Of a stretch of 64,000 nt of DNA, positions 28,638 to 38,171 are shown in pieces. The stretch covers positions 288,001 through 352,000 of the forward strand of contig JAVZJD010000001.1 of the NCBI GenBank assembly GCA_038870975.1, given 5' to 3'. Within the stretch, counting starts at the first letter, position 1, and the number at the start of each line of letters is the position of its first letter. The translations under genes were made by a program, and so were the position numbers. The notes below the pieces were generated by a model that saw only the letters and a program-made list of their open reading frames with translations, made no database searches and was not told where the DNA came from. This stretch comes from Candidatus Bathyarchaeia archaeon. Its GTDB lineage: Archaea > Thermoproteota > CALKCG01 > B24.

Positions 28638-29618
28638 TTGGAGGCTTTTAAGAAAGTCAAGTGTAAGAGATGCGGCGTAGTTAAAGAAGGCGTTTATTTA
28701 CCGAGTTACAATTTAAAGCTTTGCCTAGACTGCTTCCAACTCTTCTTCGAGAATAAAACTCAAAAGACCATTGAAAAGTTTAAAATGTTTTCAAAAAACG
28801 ATAAAATCGCAGTCGCTATCTCAGGAGGGAAGGATAGCACAGCTTTAGCTAAATCCTTAAAAAACCTAGGGTACAACATCCATCTCGTTCACATCAACTG
28901 TCAAATAGAAGAAGAAAACTACTCAAAGAACTGCCAAGAAACAGTTGAAAAATTCGCTGAAGAGGAAAACCTCCCCCTTACGATTCTAGATTTCAAGAAA
29001 GAGGTTGAAGTAGACGTAAAACTAGCGGCAAAAATAGCAAGTAAAGAAATATGCGCCCTCTGTGGAATGGTGAAAAGGTATCTTCTAAATAGAGAAGCCG
29101 CAGAGTTTGACGTCCTCGTCACCGGACATACTTTAGACGATGAAGCAGCAAACCTCCTATCCTCCCTAATATTCTGGAGAGAATTCTTAGAGAGACAGTG
29201 GCCAGTATTGAGAGAAGAAGGACCTCTTAAAAAGAGGGCTAAGCCCTTCTGTCTAACTTTCGAACGTGAAACAAAACTTTACTGCGATATTTTAAAGCTT
29301 CCATATGTAAAAAACCCATGCCCTCTTAGAGGTGGAACCTACGTCTTCTTCAAAAAGATAATTCAAGAAGTAGAAAGAGAAATGCCTTCCTCGATAATTG
29401 GCTTCTACAAGGGCTTTCTAAAGAGGAAAGAGAAGCTTGGACTTACACCTAGGAAGGAAAACCTAATGCCCTGTAGAAACTGCGGATATTTAACCGTAGC
29501 TGAAGTCTGTAGCTTCTGTAGATTGAAAGAAAAAGTTAAAGACTATCTAGCTTCAAAAGCAGTATGGTCTAACCACCGACTATCGCAGGCATTATCGTCA
29601 CTTCATCCCCCTCGTTAA
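28638..29618 (+). CDS. ttuA: TtuA/Ncs6-family tRNA 2-thiolase
   Basis: N- and C-terminal Zn fingers, SGGKDS PP-loop, CALC, TGHTLDD, PCP. Confidence 0.88.
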   Translation: MEAFKKVKCKRCGVVKEGVYLPSYNLKLCLDCFQLFFENKTQKTIEKFKMFSKNDKIAVAISGGKDSTALAKSLKNLGYNIHLVHINCQIEEENYSKNCQETVEKFAEEENLPLTILDFKKEVEVDVKLAAKIASKEICALCGMVKRYLLNREAAEFDVLVTGHTLDDEAANLLSSLIFWREFLERQWPVLREEGPLKKRAKPFCLTFERETKLYCDILKLPYVKNPCPLRGGTYVFFKKIIQEVEREMPSSIIGFYKGFLKRKEKLGLTPRKENLMPCRNCGYLTVAEVCSFCRLKEKVKDYLASKAVWSNHRLSQALSSLHPPR

Positions 29619-29805
29619 GAAGATGGTCAGATTTCACAGCTCTGCCGTTCACGAGAATAATCTCCTGCGTTAAATCAAAGCCTTTAATACGTTCAGAAAG
29701 TTTACCCATGAGGTCTTTTACGGTAGATTTATCTTCGATTTCCACTTCTAACCTGCTGCCGAGTTTTTGAGCTATAAACCCGTACGTATTAACTTTGACC
29801 TTCAA
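29569..29805 (-). CDS. MoaD/ThiS ubiquitin-like protein (TtuB/SAMP-like)
   Basis: ILVNGR, LNEGDEVTIMPAIVGG. TTG start at 29805; convergent overlap with ttuA. Confidence 0.85.
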   Translation of the reverse strand: MKVKVNTYGFIAQKLGSRLEVEIEDKSTVKDLMGKLSERIKGFDLTQEIILVNGRAVKSDHLLNEGDEVTIMPAIVGG

Positions 29806-29887
29806 CCTTAAACTACCTACGCTTCGGTCTATTATAAGCATTTTCCAACTGAAGGTGAAGATTTATACTTAAATAGTAGAAGTTTAA

Positions 29888-30637
29888 TTGATGACGCTAT
29901 CAGCCTATGAGCTTGAACGCTATGATAGACAAATCCGTATACCAGACTTCGGATTGGAAGGTCAGATTAGACTTAGAAACTCTAAAGTTGCCGTCGTTGG
30001 GATTGGAGGATTGGGCTGTTTAGCATCAATATACTTAGCAGCTGCAGGAGTTGGCAAACTAATACTCATAGATAAAGAAAGATTTGAACTAAACAATTTA
30101 AACAGACAGATACTGGGATACCCGTCAGACTTAGGGAAGCTAAAGGTAGAGGTTGCAAAAATTAAACTTGAAGAGTTTAACCCCAATGTTGAAGTTGAAG
30201 CTCTTCCAGTTGAATTGTCTGAGAAAAACATAGCAGACACTATAGGCCATGTTGATGTTGTCGTAGATTGTCTAGACAACTGGAGAACCAGATTTCTCAT
30301 AAACGACTACTGTGTATCGGAAAACATCTGCTTTGTCCACGCAGCTGTTTCAGAACTATATGGACAGATTACGACGATAATGCCTAGAAAAGGTCCATGT
30401 CTTAGATGTGTCCTCTACAGAATTCCAACAGTGGAAACCGAAGTCATCCCAATACTAGGAGCAGTTCCAGCGACATTAGCTTCCCTTGAAGTTTTAGAGA
30501 CGATAAAACTACTGACGGGAATAGGAGAGCCTCTAGTTGGAAGAATGCTTTTCATAGATTTAAGGAGGATGAGCTTCGACACGATTCAACTATCTAGAAG
30601 AAACGACTGCCCCACATGTAGTGGAACGACAGCTTAA
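29888..30637 (+). CDS. ThiF/MoeB/UbaA E1-like adenylyltransferase
   Basis: RYDRQ, GIGGLG, NLNRQ, DCLDN, CLRC and CPTC Zn motifs. Confidence 0.92.
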   Translation: MMTLSAYELERYDRQIRIPDFGLEGQIRLRNSKVAVVGIGGLGCLASIYLAAAGVGKLILIDKERFELNNLNRQILGYPSDLGKLKVEVAKIKLEEFNPNVEVEALPVELSEKNIADTIGHVDVVVDCLDNWRTRFLINDYCVSENICFVHAAVSELYGQITTIMPRKGPCLRCVLYRIPTVETEVIPILGAVPATLASLEVLETIKLLTGIGEPLVGRMLFIDLRRMSFDTIQLSRRNDCPTCSGTTA

Positions 30638-30668
30638 AATAAAACCTCTCTCCTCTTAAAAGTAGAAG

Positions 30669-30953
30669 ATGAAGGTTAAAATCAAATACTTCGCATATTT
30701 AAGGGAAATCACGGGAAAGCGTGAGGATTTAGTCGAATTAGAAGAAGACACATCTGTCGGAAAACTCTTAGAAGCACTTTCAAACAAATACGGAGAAAAG
30801 TTTAGAGAATATATTTATGGACTCGGCGAATTTGAAGGAGTATCTCTAAACTTTCTACTAAACGGAAGAAACATATCACTCGATAAAATGTTTGAAACAA
30901 AACTTCAAGATGGAGATGTCTTATCTATCCTTCCACCCGTAGCAGGAGGATAG
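30669..30953 (+). CDS. MoaD/ThiS ubiquitin-like protein (SAMP1-like)
   Basis: MKVKIKYFAYLRE...LQDGDVLSILPPVAGG. Confidence 0.9.
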   Translation: MKVKIKYFAYLREITGKREDLVELEEDTSVGKLLEALSNKYGEKFREYIYGLGEFEGVSLNFLLNGRNISLDKMFETKLQDGDVLSILPPVAGG

Positions 30954-31058
30954 ACGTACTTCAACATCTACGTAAACATCTCAGACCTTCAGCATACCAA
31001 CAGCCTTCGCAAACTTATTATAAAATTATTATTGTAGTTATATGTAGTTACTCGGCTG

Positions 31059-32282
31059 ATGTTCATGTTAAACGTTGAACACATACGTAGAGACTTCCCA
31101 ATGCTCTCACTAAGCAGGGAAGACGGCAAGCCCATAATCTACTTAGACAACGCCGCCACAACCTTTAAACCACGTCAGGTTATAAATGCCATAGTCCGCT
31201 ACTATGAACGTTATACAGCCAACGTACATAGAGGCCTATACAAGCTATCCCAAGAAGCGACCACACTATATGAAAACTCTAGAGAGACCATCGCAAAATT
31301 CATAAACGCCGATCCGAGTGAAATAGTCTTCACGAAAAACGCTACTGAAGGCATTAATATAGTTGCCTATGGCTTAAATTGGACACCTGAAGATGAAGTA
31401 ATCACAACTGTTATGGAACATCACTCTAACCTTATCCCATGGCAGATGATACGAGACAGATTTAAAGTCAAACTGAAATTCCTAGATATAACTAATGATG
31501 GACATCTCGACGTTGAAAAACTCCCAAATTTAATATCTAAACGGACTAAACTTGTAACTTTAAACCACGTATCGAATGTATTAGGAACGATAAATCCGGT
31601 TGAAGAAGTGGTCAAAATAGCTCATGAACACGAAATACTGGTCCTCGTTGATGCCGCACAATCTGTTCCTCATATTCCCATAGATGTGAAAAGACTTGAA
31701 TGCGATTTTCTAGTTTTCAGCGGTCATAAAATGCTTGGACCTACGGGAATAGGTATTCTATACGTAAACAGCGACACTTCAAACATCCTTCAACCTGCTT
31801 TTGGAGGTGGAGAGATGATACGTAAAGTCGAACTGGAAAAAGCAGAATGGAACGACGTACCATGGAGATTTGAACCTGGAACTCCAAACGTCGCTGGAGC
31901 AGTTGGACTCGCAGCTGCAGTCGAATACCTCGCAAAAATTGGGATGGATAATGTGCGAAAACATGAAATCCAGCTAAACCATCTAGTCCTTAGAAAGCTT
32001 AACGATTTAGAGGCAGTAACAGTCTACGGGCCTAAGAAAGCTGAAGATAGAGGTGGACTCGTAGCATTCAACATTAAAAACATGGATAGCCATGATGTAG
32101 CCCTTCTACTGGACGAACTAGAGAATATAGCCGTTAGATCAGGCTTACACTGCGCGGCTCCCCTACATAAGAGGCTTGGACTGAAAAGCACGGTTAGAGC
32201 GTCTTTCTACATATATAATACAGTGGAAGAGATTGATATATTCTGCAACACTATGGAGAAGATATCCAAGCTAAAACCATGA
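31059..32282 (+). CDS. sufS: group II cysteine desulfurase
   Basis: YLDNAAT, NVHRG, EHHSN, DAAQS, SGHKM, RSGLHCA. Confidence 0.95.
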   Translation: MFMLNVEHIRRDFPMLSLSREDGKPIIYLDNAATTFKPRQVINAIVRYYERYTANVHRGLYKLSQEATTLYENSRETIAKFINADPSEIVFTKNATEGINIVAYGLNWTPEDEVITTVMEHHSNLIPWQMIRDRFKVKLKFLDITNDGHLDVEKLPNLISKRTKLVTLNHVSNVLGTINPVEEVVKIAHEHEILVLVDAAQSVPHIPIDVKRLECDFLVFSGHKMLGPTGIGILYVNSDTSNILQPAFGGGEMIRKVELEKAEWNDVPWRFEPGTPNVAGAVGLAAAVEYLAKIGMDNVRKHEIQLNHLVLRKLNDLEAVTVYGPKKAEDRGGLVAFNIKNMDSHDVALLLDELENIAVRSGLHCAAPLHKRLGLKSTVRASFYIYNTVEEIDIFCNTMEKISKLKP

Positions 32283-33074
32283 TTACACATGCCACTTACC
32301 TAAAATATCTCTACTCACAATCTCAGCAACACGTCTACCCGATAGAAGCATGCCGCCGAATATAGGGCCCATTCTAGGTAGTCTGTAAAGCGCTGCAACA
32401 GCCATCCCTGCAACGTAAAGCCCATCGCAAACTTTTCCAGTCTTCTCTACTACAAGCTTCTCACCCTCAGCAGCCCACATGGATGCTTCCCCAGGTAGAG
32501 ACTTATTCAAACCCGGAACCTTCTTAAAAACTATTGATAATACTTCAGCCTCATGCCCAGTGCAGTCTACAACAGCTTTAGCTTTAAATGAAATCGGGTC
32601 TACGTGTAGATTTGCTAGAACTATGGAGCTCCATTGTACAACAACTCCAACTATCTTAGGAGTATTGTCTTCAATCCTAAAAATAACATCGTCAACTGAT
32701 ACTCCTAAAAGTATTTCTGCACCAGCATCTACGGCCGCCGCGGCAAGTTTAGCCGCCATCTCCGCTGGGTCGACCAAATACAGCTCTTCATTAAACTGTT
32801 TAAGTCTACATTTGACCTCTCTAAGTATATCGTCAGCTGGCTTTTCTACTACTGCAGCTGGGAGCTGCATCCCCCCTCCACCTATGCCCCCTCCAAAGGA
32901 GAGCCTCCTCTCAACTAAAAGTGTGTTTAATCTATTTTTAGCCAGGTAGGTTGCAGCCGTAAGACCAGCGGGTCCTGCACCTACAACGATGACATCTACA
33001 TCAGCCAACTTGTAGAGTTTATCTGTAGCAGCTTTAACTATGGCTTTGGTTATAACAGATTCATCAATACCCAT
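32283..33074 (-). CDS. thi4: sulfide-dependent thiazole synthase
   Basis: GAGPAG, GGGIGGGG, LHVDP (His at the suicide-Cys position), DCTGH, PRMGPIFGGMLLSG. Confidence 0.93.
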   Translation of the reverse strand: MGIDESVITKAIVKAATDKLYKLADVDVIVVGAGPAGLTAATYLAKNRLNTLLVERRLSFGGGIGGGGMQLPAAVVEKPADDILREVKCRLKQFNEELYLVDPAEMAAKLAAAAVDAGAEILLGVSVDDVIFRIEDNTPKIVGVVVQWSSIVLANLHVDPISFKAKAVVDCTGHEAEVLSIVFKKVPGLNKSLPGEASMWAAEGEKLVVEKTGKVCDGLYVAGMAVAALYRLPRMGPIFGGMLLSGRRVAEIVSRDILGKWHV

Positions 33075-33075
33075 G

Positions 33076-33102
33076 CAGACCCGGTTACTATTACCGGGTT
33101 AA
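33076..33102. promoter_or_regulatory. tandem degenerate ATAAC-N3-GTTAT-like sites between the thi4 TATA box and start
   Basis: ATTACCGGGTTAA at 33090-33102 and CAGACCCGGTTAC at 33076-33088. Confidence 0.5.
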
Positions 33103-33316
33103 GCTCATATTTATATCTATCTAATTTGAAGCCTTAGCTCTAAATTTCATCGAAAGTAATTCTACGAATCGAATAAATGACGGCGCTGTCAGTATCAAAA
33201 GTAAATACGATAGATAGAGCTTAAGCTTTCCAATACCATACAGATAGCTCAAGCCGATGTAAAATATGTTAAACTACATCTTGAAATTGGCTGGGTACAA
33301 AATCCACATTTTAACC

Positions 33317-34852
33317 TTAGACTTTAAGACTTGCTAGCTCATGATAAAGCGGTATAAGTGTCAAGTAGAGTTTTTTAAAGTATTCATATAGCAGGGAATA
33401 CTTTTCATACAGTGCTAAGTTCGGATTATGTACGTCTGTAATTCTAACCAATTTTTCTGCAACACTAAAATCCCTATATATCCCCACACCTACACCAGCC
33501 GCTATGGCAGCTCCAAAAGACGTCGCCTCCATCAAGTACTCTGGCACTAGTATAGTTTTACCATAGATGCTTGCCATAATATCCCTCCAAAGCCTCCCCT
33601 TGGCTCCACCGCCTATCACTCTGATATTCTCTATTCTTACCCCTTGCTCTTCAAATGCTTCTAGAATTATTCTTAAATTGAAGCATACACCCTCTAAAAC
33701 AGCCCTTATCAAATGCCTCCTCCTATGTCCAAGCGCCAACCCGAAAAACACACCTCTAGCATTCGGATTCCACCATGGAGACCTCTCACCCATCAAATAC
33801 GGGAGAAATATCACTTTCTCAGAGCCAGGCTCCACTTTCTCGGCTTCTGAATCCATAATCACATAAGGGTCAACTCCAAGCCTCCACGCTTCATTCACTT
33901 CGGCTTGGCAAATCTCATCCCTAAGCCACCTATAGGAACTACCAGCAGTCTGCATCGTGCCAGTAGGAGAAACCTTATTGGGGTCTAAATGCCACTGATT
34001 GAAAATCCTCATCTTTGAATCTATAAGTGGCTTATCAGTACAGATACTGACCCAAGAAGACGCCCCAACATAGTTATAAGCATGTCCATACCTTACCACT
34101 CCAGCACCCACCGCGGCACATGCTCCATCTCCTCCACCTACGACTACTGGCGTTCCAGGCTTTAGACCAATCTTTTCGGCGATTGACTGCTCAATTCCTC
34201 CTACCACTTCAGTTGAAGCACAAAGCCTCGGCAACTTATCGACTGGGATTTGAAGCTCTTCAAGAATTCCATATGCCCATTGCCTCCTATTCACATCGAG
34301 CAGACCAGCCAAGGAGGCGTCGGAGAAGTCTGTAACGTATTCCCCAGTCAGCTTTAGAATTATATAGTCTTTAGATTGAATAAACTTGTACGTCTTCTTG
34401 TAAATCTCAGGCTCATTCTCCCTCAACCAGAGGATTTTAGAAATAGTATACGATGGGTTTACCCTATTTCCAGTTATCCGGTAGAAGTCTTCTTCACCTA
34501 TCTGCTCAGCTATGAAATTAGCCTGTTCTATGCTCCTCTGATCCATCCAGATAATACTAGACCTCAAGGGATTTCCATATTTATCTATGGGGAGACAACC
34601 CATCATCTGACCACTAAAACCAACAGCCTCAATATCATCCGGATGTACTTTGGATGTTTTCAGAATCTCACGTGTAGAAGCGATAAAAGCATTCCACCAG
34701 TCTTCTGGATTTTGTTCAGCCCACGTCGGTTTAGGCTGATGGAGAACATACTCTTTCAAAGTACTCGTAATCAAACGACCATCTAAATCAAATAGCGTCG
34801 CCTTATCTCCCGTGGTACCTATATCATGAGCTAGAATATACCCACCGCCCAT
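33317..34852 (-). CDS. xylB: xylulokinase-type FGGY kinase
   Basis: DIGTT, EQNPEDWW, SGQM, WMDQRS, GGGD, PYLMGERSP, IGGGAK. Confidence 0.85.
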   Translation of the reverse strand: MGGGYILAHDIGTTGDKATLFDLDGRLITSTLKEYVLHQPKPTWAEQNPEDWWNAFIASTREILKTSKVHPDDIEAVGFSGQMMGCLPIDKYGNPLRSSIIWMDQRSIEQANFIAEQIGEEDFYRITGNRVNPSYTISKILWLRENEPEIYKKTYKFIQSKDYIILKLTGEYVTDFSDASLAGLLDVNRRQWAYGILEELQIPVDKLPRLCASTEVVGGIEQSIAEKIGLKPGTPVVVGGGDGACAAVGAGVVRYGHAYNYVGASSWVSICTDKPLIDSKMRIFNQWHLDPNKVSPTGTMQTAGSSYRWLRDEICQAEVNEAWRLGVDPYVIMDSEAEKVEPGSEKVIFLPYLMGERSPWWNPNARGVFFGLALGHRRRHLIRAVLEGVCFNLRIILEAFEEQGVRIENIRVIGGGAKGRLWRDIMASIYGKTILVPEYLMEATSFGAAIAAGVGVGIYRDFSVAEKLVRITDVHNPNLALYEKYSLLYEYFKKLYLTLIPLYHELASLKV

Positions 34853-35181
34853 TTAAAGCCTCCTCCAACAGCCTATCACTAAAAGTAATGGATAATAATG
34901 TGAATATAAATCGCAAGGTTTTCAGCTTGATTTCAAGATAATTCAAGCCAGTGGGCTATGTAGGATATAACCTACTAGGTCACCCTTCTTCTACTACCAG
35001 TATAACCTCGGTTTTGCCCTGTCTTATCCTATGGATATTGGAAGTTGAAACATTAGTAAGTAGCTTTACAGCCTATTTCATCTATGAGAAAACTTAATGA
35101 TTGGTAAAATTTGTTACTTCTCTAGCGGTTTTAACGAATAAAAATTGCGGATAAAGCAAGCAGTAAAAGAGGTGAAAGAAG

Positions 35182-36096
35182 TTGAACTTTGAGAATAGGC
35201 TTCGAGTTTATAGTAAGAAGGCTAAGGTACTGACTAAGTTTAATCCCTTCCAATCGAGGGCATGTCCTCCTAGGCTTGAAGTCAACGTTTACACGGGATG
35301 CGCCTTTCAATGCAAGTACTGCTACGCTAGAGCATATATACGCGATTTTAATAGGCCTAGGTGTAAGCCCGATTTCAAGGAGAACCTCGAGGAGGATGTT
35401 GAGAGAGCTCTTCAGCTTGGACTTAACAAGCTACCCGTAGGCATTTCAAATTCATGTGAGCCTTTTCAACCTCTAGAAGACAAGTATAAACATGCACTAT
35501 TTGCCATCAAGCTCTTAACGGATAACGATTTCCATCTCATAATAATCACTAAGAATCCTTCAAAGCTTACTGAACCCGAGTACCTCGATGCTATGGATCC
35601 AAAGAGGACGTTCATAGAGGTTACCATACCCTTCTTAGATTCACGGTTCTTCGAGCCTTACGCTCCACCGACGATGGAGAGGATAAAATCGATCACCGCG
35701 CTCAACGAATTAGACTATACCGTGGCTGTAAGAGTAGATCCGATTGTACCGAGTTATGGGAGCATACCTGGGCAATCTCCATCTGAGGTTGAAACCCTTA
35801 TCGACCAACTGCATAAAGCTGGGGTGAGATTTATCATCGCAAAGTGCCTAAGGCTTGTAGGAGCAACGACAAAAGCATACCCAGAATTCTACCATGCTTT
35901 AAGGCCGTACTACCAGCTCAACGGTAAATGGACGAAAAACTGCTACGAACTAAAGAACGAGGTAAAACAGGAACTCCATAAACCGATCTACCAGGCTTGT
36001 GTTAAACGCGGTATACTTTACTCCACATGCATGGATGAAGTACGTCTTCCAGGCTCAGCCATGTGCGACCAAAGCAACCTATTCTTTTACCGCTAA
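35182..36096 (+). CDS. radical SAM protein, spore-photoproduct-lyase-like
   Basis: GCAFQCKYCYA (CX3CX2C), SCEPF, ITKNP, RVDPIVP. Confidence 0.85.
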   Translation: MNFENRLRVYSKKAKVLTKFNPFQSRACPPRLEVNVYTGCAFQCKYCYARAYIRDFNRPRCKPDFKENLEEDVERALQLGLNKLPVGISNSCEPFQPLEDKYKHALFAIKLLTDNDFHLIIITKNPSKLTEPEYLDAMDPKRTFIEVTIPFLDSRFFEPYAPPTMERIKSITALNELDYTVAVRVDPIVPSYGSIPGQSPSEVETLIDQLHKAGVRFIIAKCLRLVGATTKAYPEFYHALRPYYQLNGKWTKNCYELKNEVKQELHKPIYQACVKRGILYSTCMDEVRLPGSAMCDQSNLFFYR

Positions 36097-36159
36097 CCTC
36101 AGCCCGCTGAAAGCCATCAAGACTTTCAACCCACCCTTCTCAACTTGAAAAAGACCGAT

Positions 36160-36455
36160 TAAATCGTCCAGTGGTAAATGGGAAAACCCAGGGATAAGCT
36201 GGAAAAACTAAGCTAAATAAAATCCTAGGTTGAAATAGAAAAGGCAAAACTACTTTAATGGAAGAAGTGAAAACACCCCCCTCCACCCTTTAAAGAGATT
36301 TAACTAGGGAGGGGGTCTAAATATCCATAAAATCTCTCCATAAAAACGTCCATAAAAAACCCATTATAATGGAAGACTCTTCTTAAAAGCAGTTTTGAAA
36401 AGAAGGCGGAGAGATCTACTGGAAAACGTAAAATTCATGCATTCCAGCGAATTCC
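36160..36455. repeat. array of TCCA/TGGA motifs, TCCATAAAA x3 and an inverted G-string pair
   Basis: TCCATAAAA at 36324, 36337 and 36349; CCCCCTCC/GGAGGGGG inverted pair; palindrome CCATTATAATGG at 36361-36372. Confidence 0.6.
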
Positions 36456-36486
36456 GACCCAACTCCTCAACATTCTTCCGTAGAAG

Positions 36487-36560
36487 TGGGCCGGGCAGGA
36501 CTTGAACCTGCGACCATCCGCGCGTCAGGCGGATATCCTAGCCAACTAGACGACCGGCCC
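36487..36560 (-). tRNA. tRNA-Val(GAC)
   Basis: Minus strand GGGCCGG...TCCGC-CTGACGC-GCGGA...GCAGG-TTCAAGT-CCTGC-CCGGCCC-A. Confidence 0.95.
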
Positions 36561-36936
36561 TTAGATGAGGCTAATCTATTCAGTTTTTGAACGAAGTTAT
36601 AAGATTTGCGATAGTGTTGTTCAGCCAGAAGCGTATGTTAAGAGCTTAGTCGTAGGTTTAATGGCGTTGGAGGTTTTCAAAATATAATGATTCCTCCTCC
36701 ATCTTTACTCCTTTTAATCATTTATTTCGTAAAGCAGCCTGTTTTTTCACTGCCGCCTTTAACATTCATTGAGGACCCCATTATTTTTCCATCCTCAGAC
36801 TATGCGGTTAAGCTTTAGATGAGAGAGCCCCTCTCAACTGTGGGATCTACAATCTTCTAAAACATATGTCTGAAATGCTTTAAAAATGGTAGTATTTACC
36901 AGTGTAGGAGGATACGATACGTATTTAAAAGAATAT

Positions 36937-37818
36937 TTACATCGATTTAAGTTTTCTAGCTATGATAGGTGCTGTCGTTATCTTTGATACGGGTCCAGGT
37001 ATTGAATCCGTTCCTACGACTTCTTCAATTCCAGCTTCTCTCAAGCGTTCTAATGCATTTTCAGCCAGTAAAGCATGTGTTACGCCTACGTATACTCTTC
37101 TGGCACCCTGCTTCTTAAGTATTCTAGCAGCATTAGCAGCCGTTCCACCTGTGCTTATAATATCATCTATTATCACCGCGTCTCTTCCAGAGACGTTTAA
37201 AGTTTTTTCAGCCGTCACTATTTCACCCGTATACCTATCCCTCTGCTTCTCAAGCCAATCATAATCCGTTCCAGCGGCTTTAGCGGCAACTTCAGCCCTC
37301 TTGAGAGCAGCTTCTTCATCATCCGGCGCTACGACTAAAGGCCTCTCAACCCCCTTAGCTAGGAAATACCTGATTATTTCATCCGCAGCCGTCAGATTGT
37401 ATGCAGGTATGTGGTAGTAGTCTAAAACTCCTAAATTGTGAATATCAACCGTGTAAAGTTCTGAAGCCCCAGCCCTCTCAAGACTCTGTGCGAGTATCTT
37501 AGAGCTTACTGCTTCACCAGAGAGATAACGTCGATCTTGACGACTGTAGGCTAAATACGGCGCATAGACTATGAGCCTTCTAGCCCCAAGCTCTCTACAA
37601 GTTTCAAGCATGTAGATAAGCTCAAGTATATGCTGGTCTTGAGGTGGAGGAAGACTTTGAACAATTAACAAGACCTCGCCTTCAATACTCTCTAAAAGCC
37701 TAAAGTAGAATTCTCCATCTGGAAACCGTTTAAATTGAACTTTAACAAGGGGTATCTTAAGTTCTGCAGATATATTCTCCGCGAGTTTTACAGAGCTCGG
37801 TCCGCTAAGTATACGCAT
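36937..37818 (-). CDS. prs: ribose-phosphate pyrophosphokinase
   Basis: FPDGE, PYLAYSRQDR, VDIH, IIDDIISTGGT. Confidence 0.95.
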   Translation of the reverse strand: MRILSGPSSVKLAENISAELKIPLVKVQFKRFPDGEFYFRLLESIEGEVLLIVQSLPPPQDQHILELIYMLETCRELGARRLIVYAPYLAYSRQDRRYLSGEAVSSKILAQSLERAGASELYTVDIHNLGVLDYYHIPAYNLTAADEIIRYFLAKGVERPLVVAPDDEEAALKRAEVAAKAAGTDYDWLEKQRDRYTGEIVTAEKTLNVSGRDAVIIDDIISTGGTAANAARILKKQGARRVYVGVTHALLAENALERLREAGIEEVVGTDSIPGPVSKITTAPIIARKLKSM

Positions 37819-37982
37819 AGATACACCAGTCTAAATTGAGGTGGAACATAAGATAAACTTGACTATATTAGCTATTCAGCTGTCATGCCTCAGCTCTACT
37901 TCAGCCGTCACCTTGGAAGTCTTATAAGATATGTTTATATTTATGGTGTAACTTTCCTTGTTTAAAGTTATAAGGTGGATCT

Positions 37983-38159
37983 ATGGCTGAAGCAGACTTT
38001 CCCAGATGCTTCTGGTGCAATAAGCCTATAAAGCCTGGAGACCTAGCCGTAAAATTCCCATGTCCAAGTTGCGGAAGAATAGTAATATGGCGTTGTGAAA
38101 AATGTAGAGCGTTAGCTAAACCTTATAAGTGTCCACTGTGTGGTTTCACAGGTCCTTAG
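37983..38159 (+). CDS. small double Zn-ribbon protein (DUF1610 type), missing from the ORF track
   Basis: MAEADFPRCFWCNKPIKPGDLAVKFPCPSCGRIVIWRCEKCRALAKPYKCPLCGFTGP; usual position upstream of aEF-1beta. Confidence 0.9.
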   Translation: MAEADFPRCFWCNKPIKPGDLAVKFPCPSCGRIVIWRCEKCRALAKPYKCPLCGFTGP

Positions 38160-38171
38160 TAAGGTGATGTT

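Noticed and set aside
31037-31051. Operator half-sites upstream of sufS (TTATT-GTA-GTTAT)
   Set aside because: Three or more mismatches in AT-rich DNA, too weak to include in the regulon.
36588-36600. TGAAC-GAA-GTTAT at the tRNA-Val promoter
   Set aside because: The good half-site comes from the TATA box itself. This shows that two-mismatch hits can be chance.
37870-37915. Three CTGA boxes on the minus strand as a possible C/D sRNA
   Set aside because: Box spacing leaves no second guide and there is no terminal stem.
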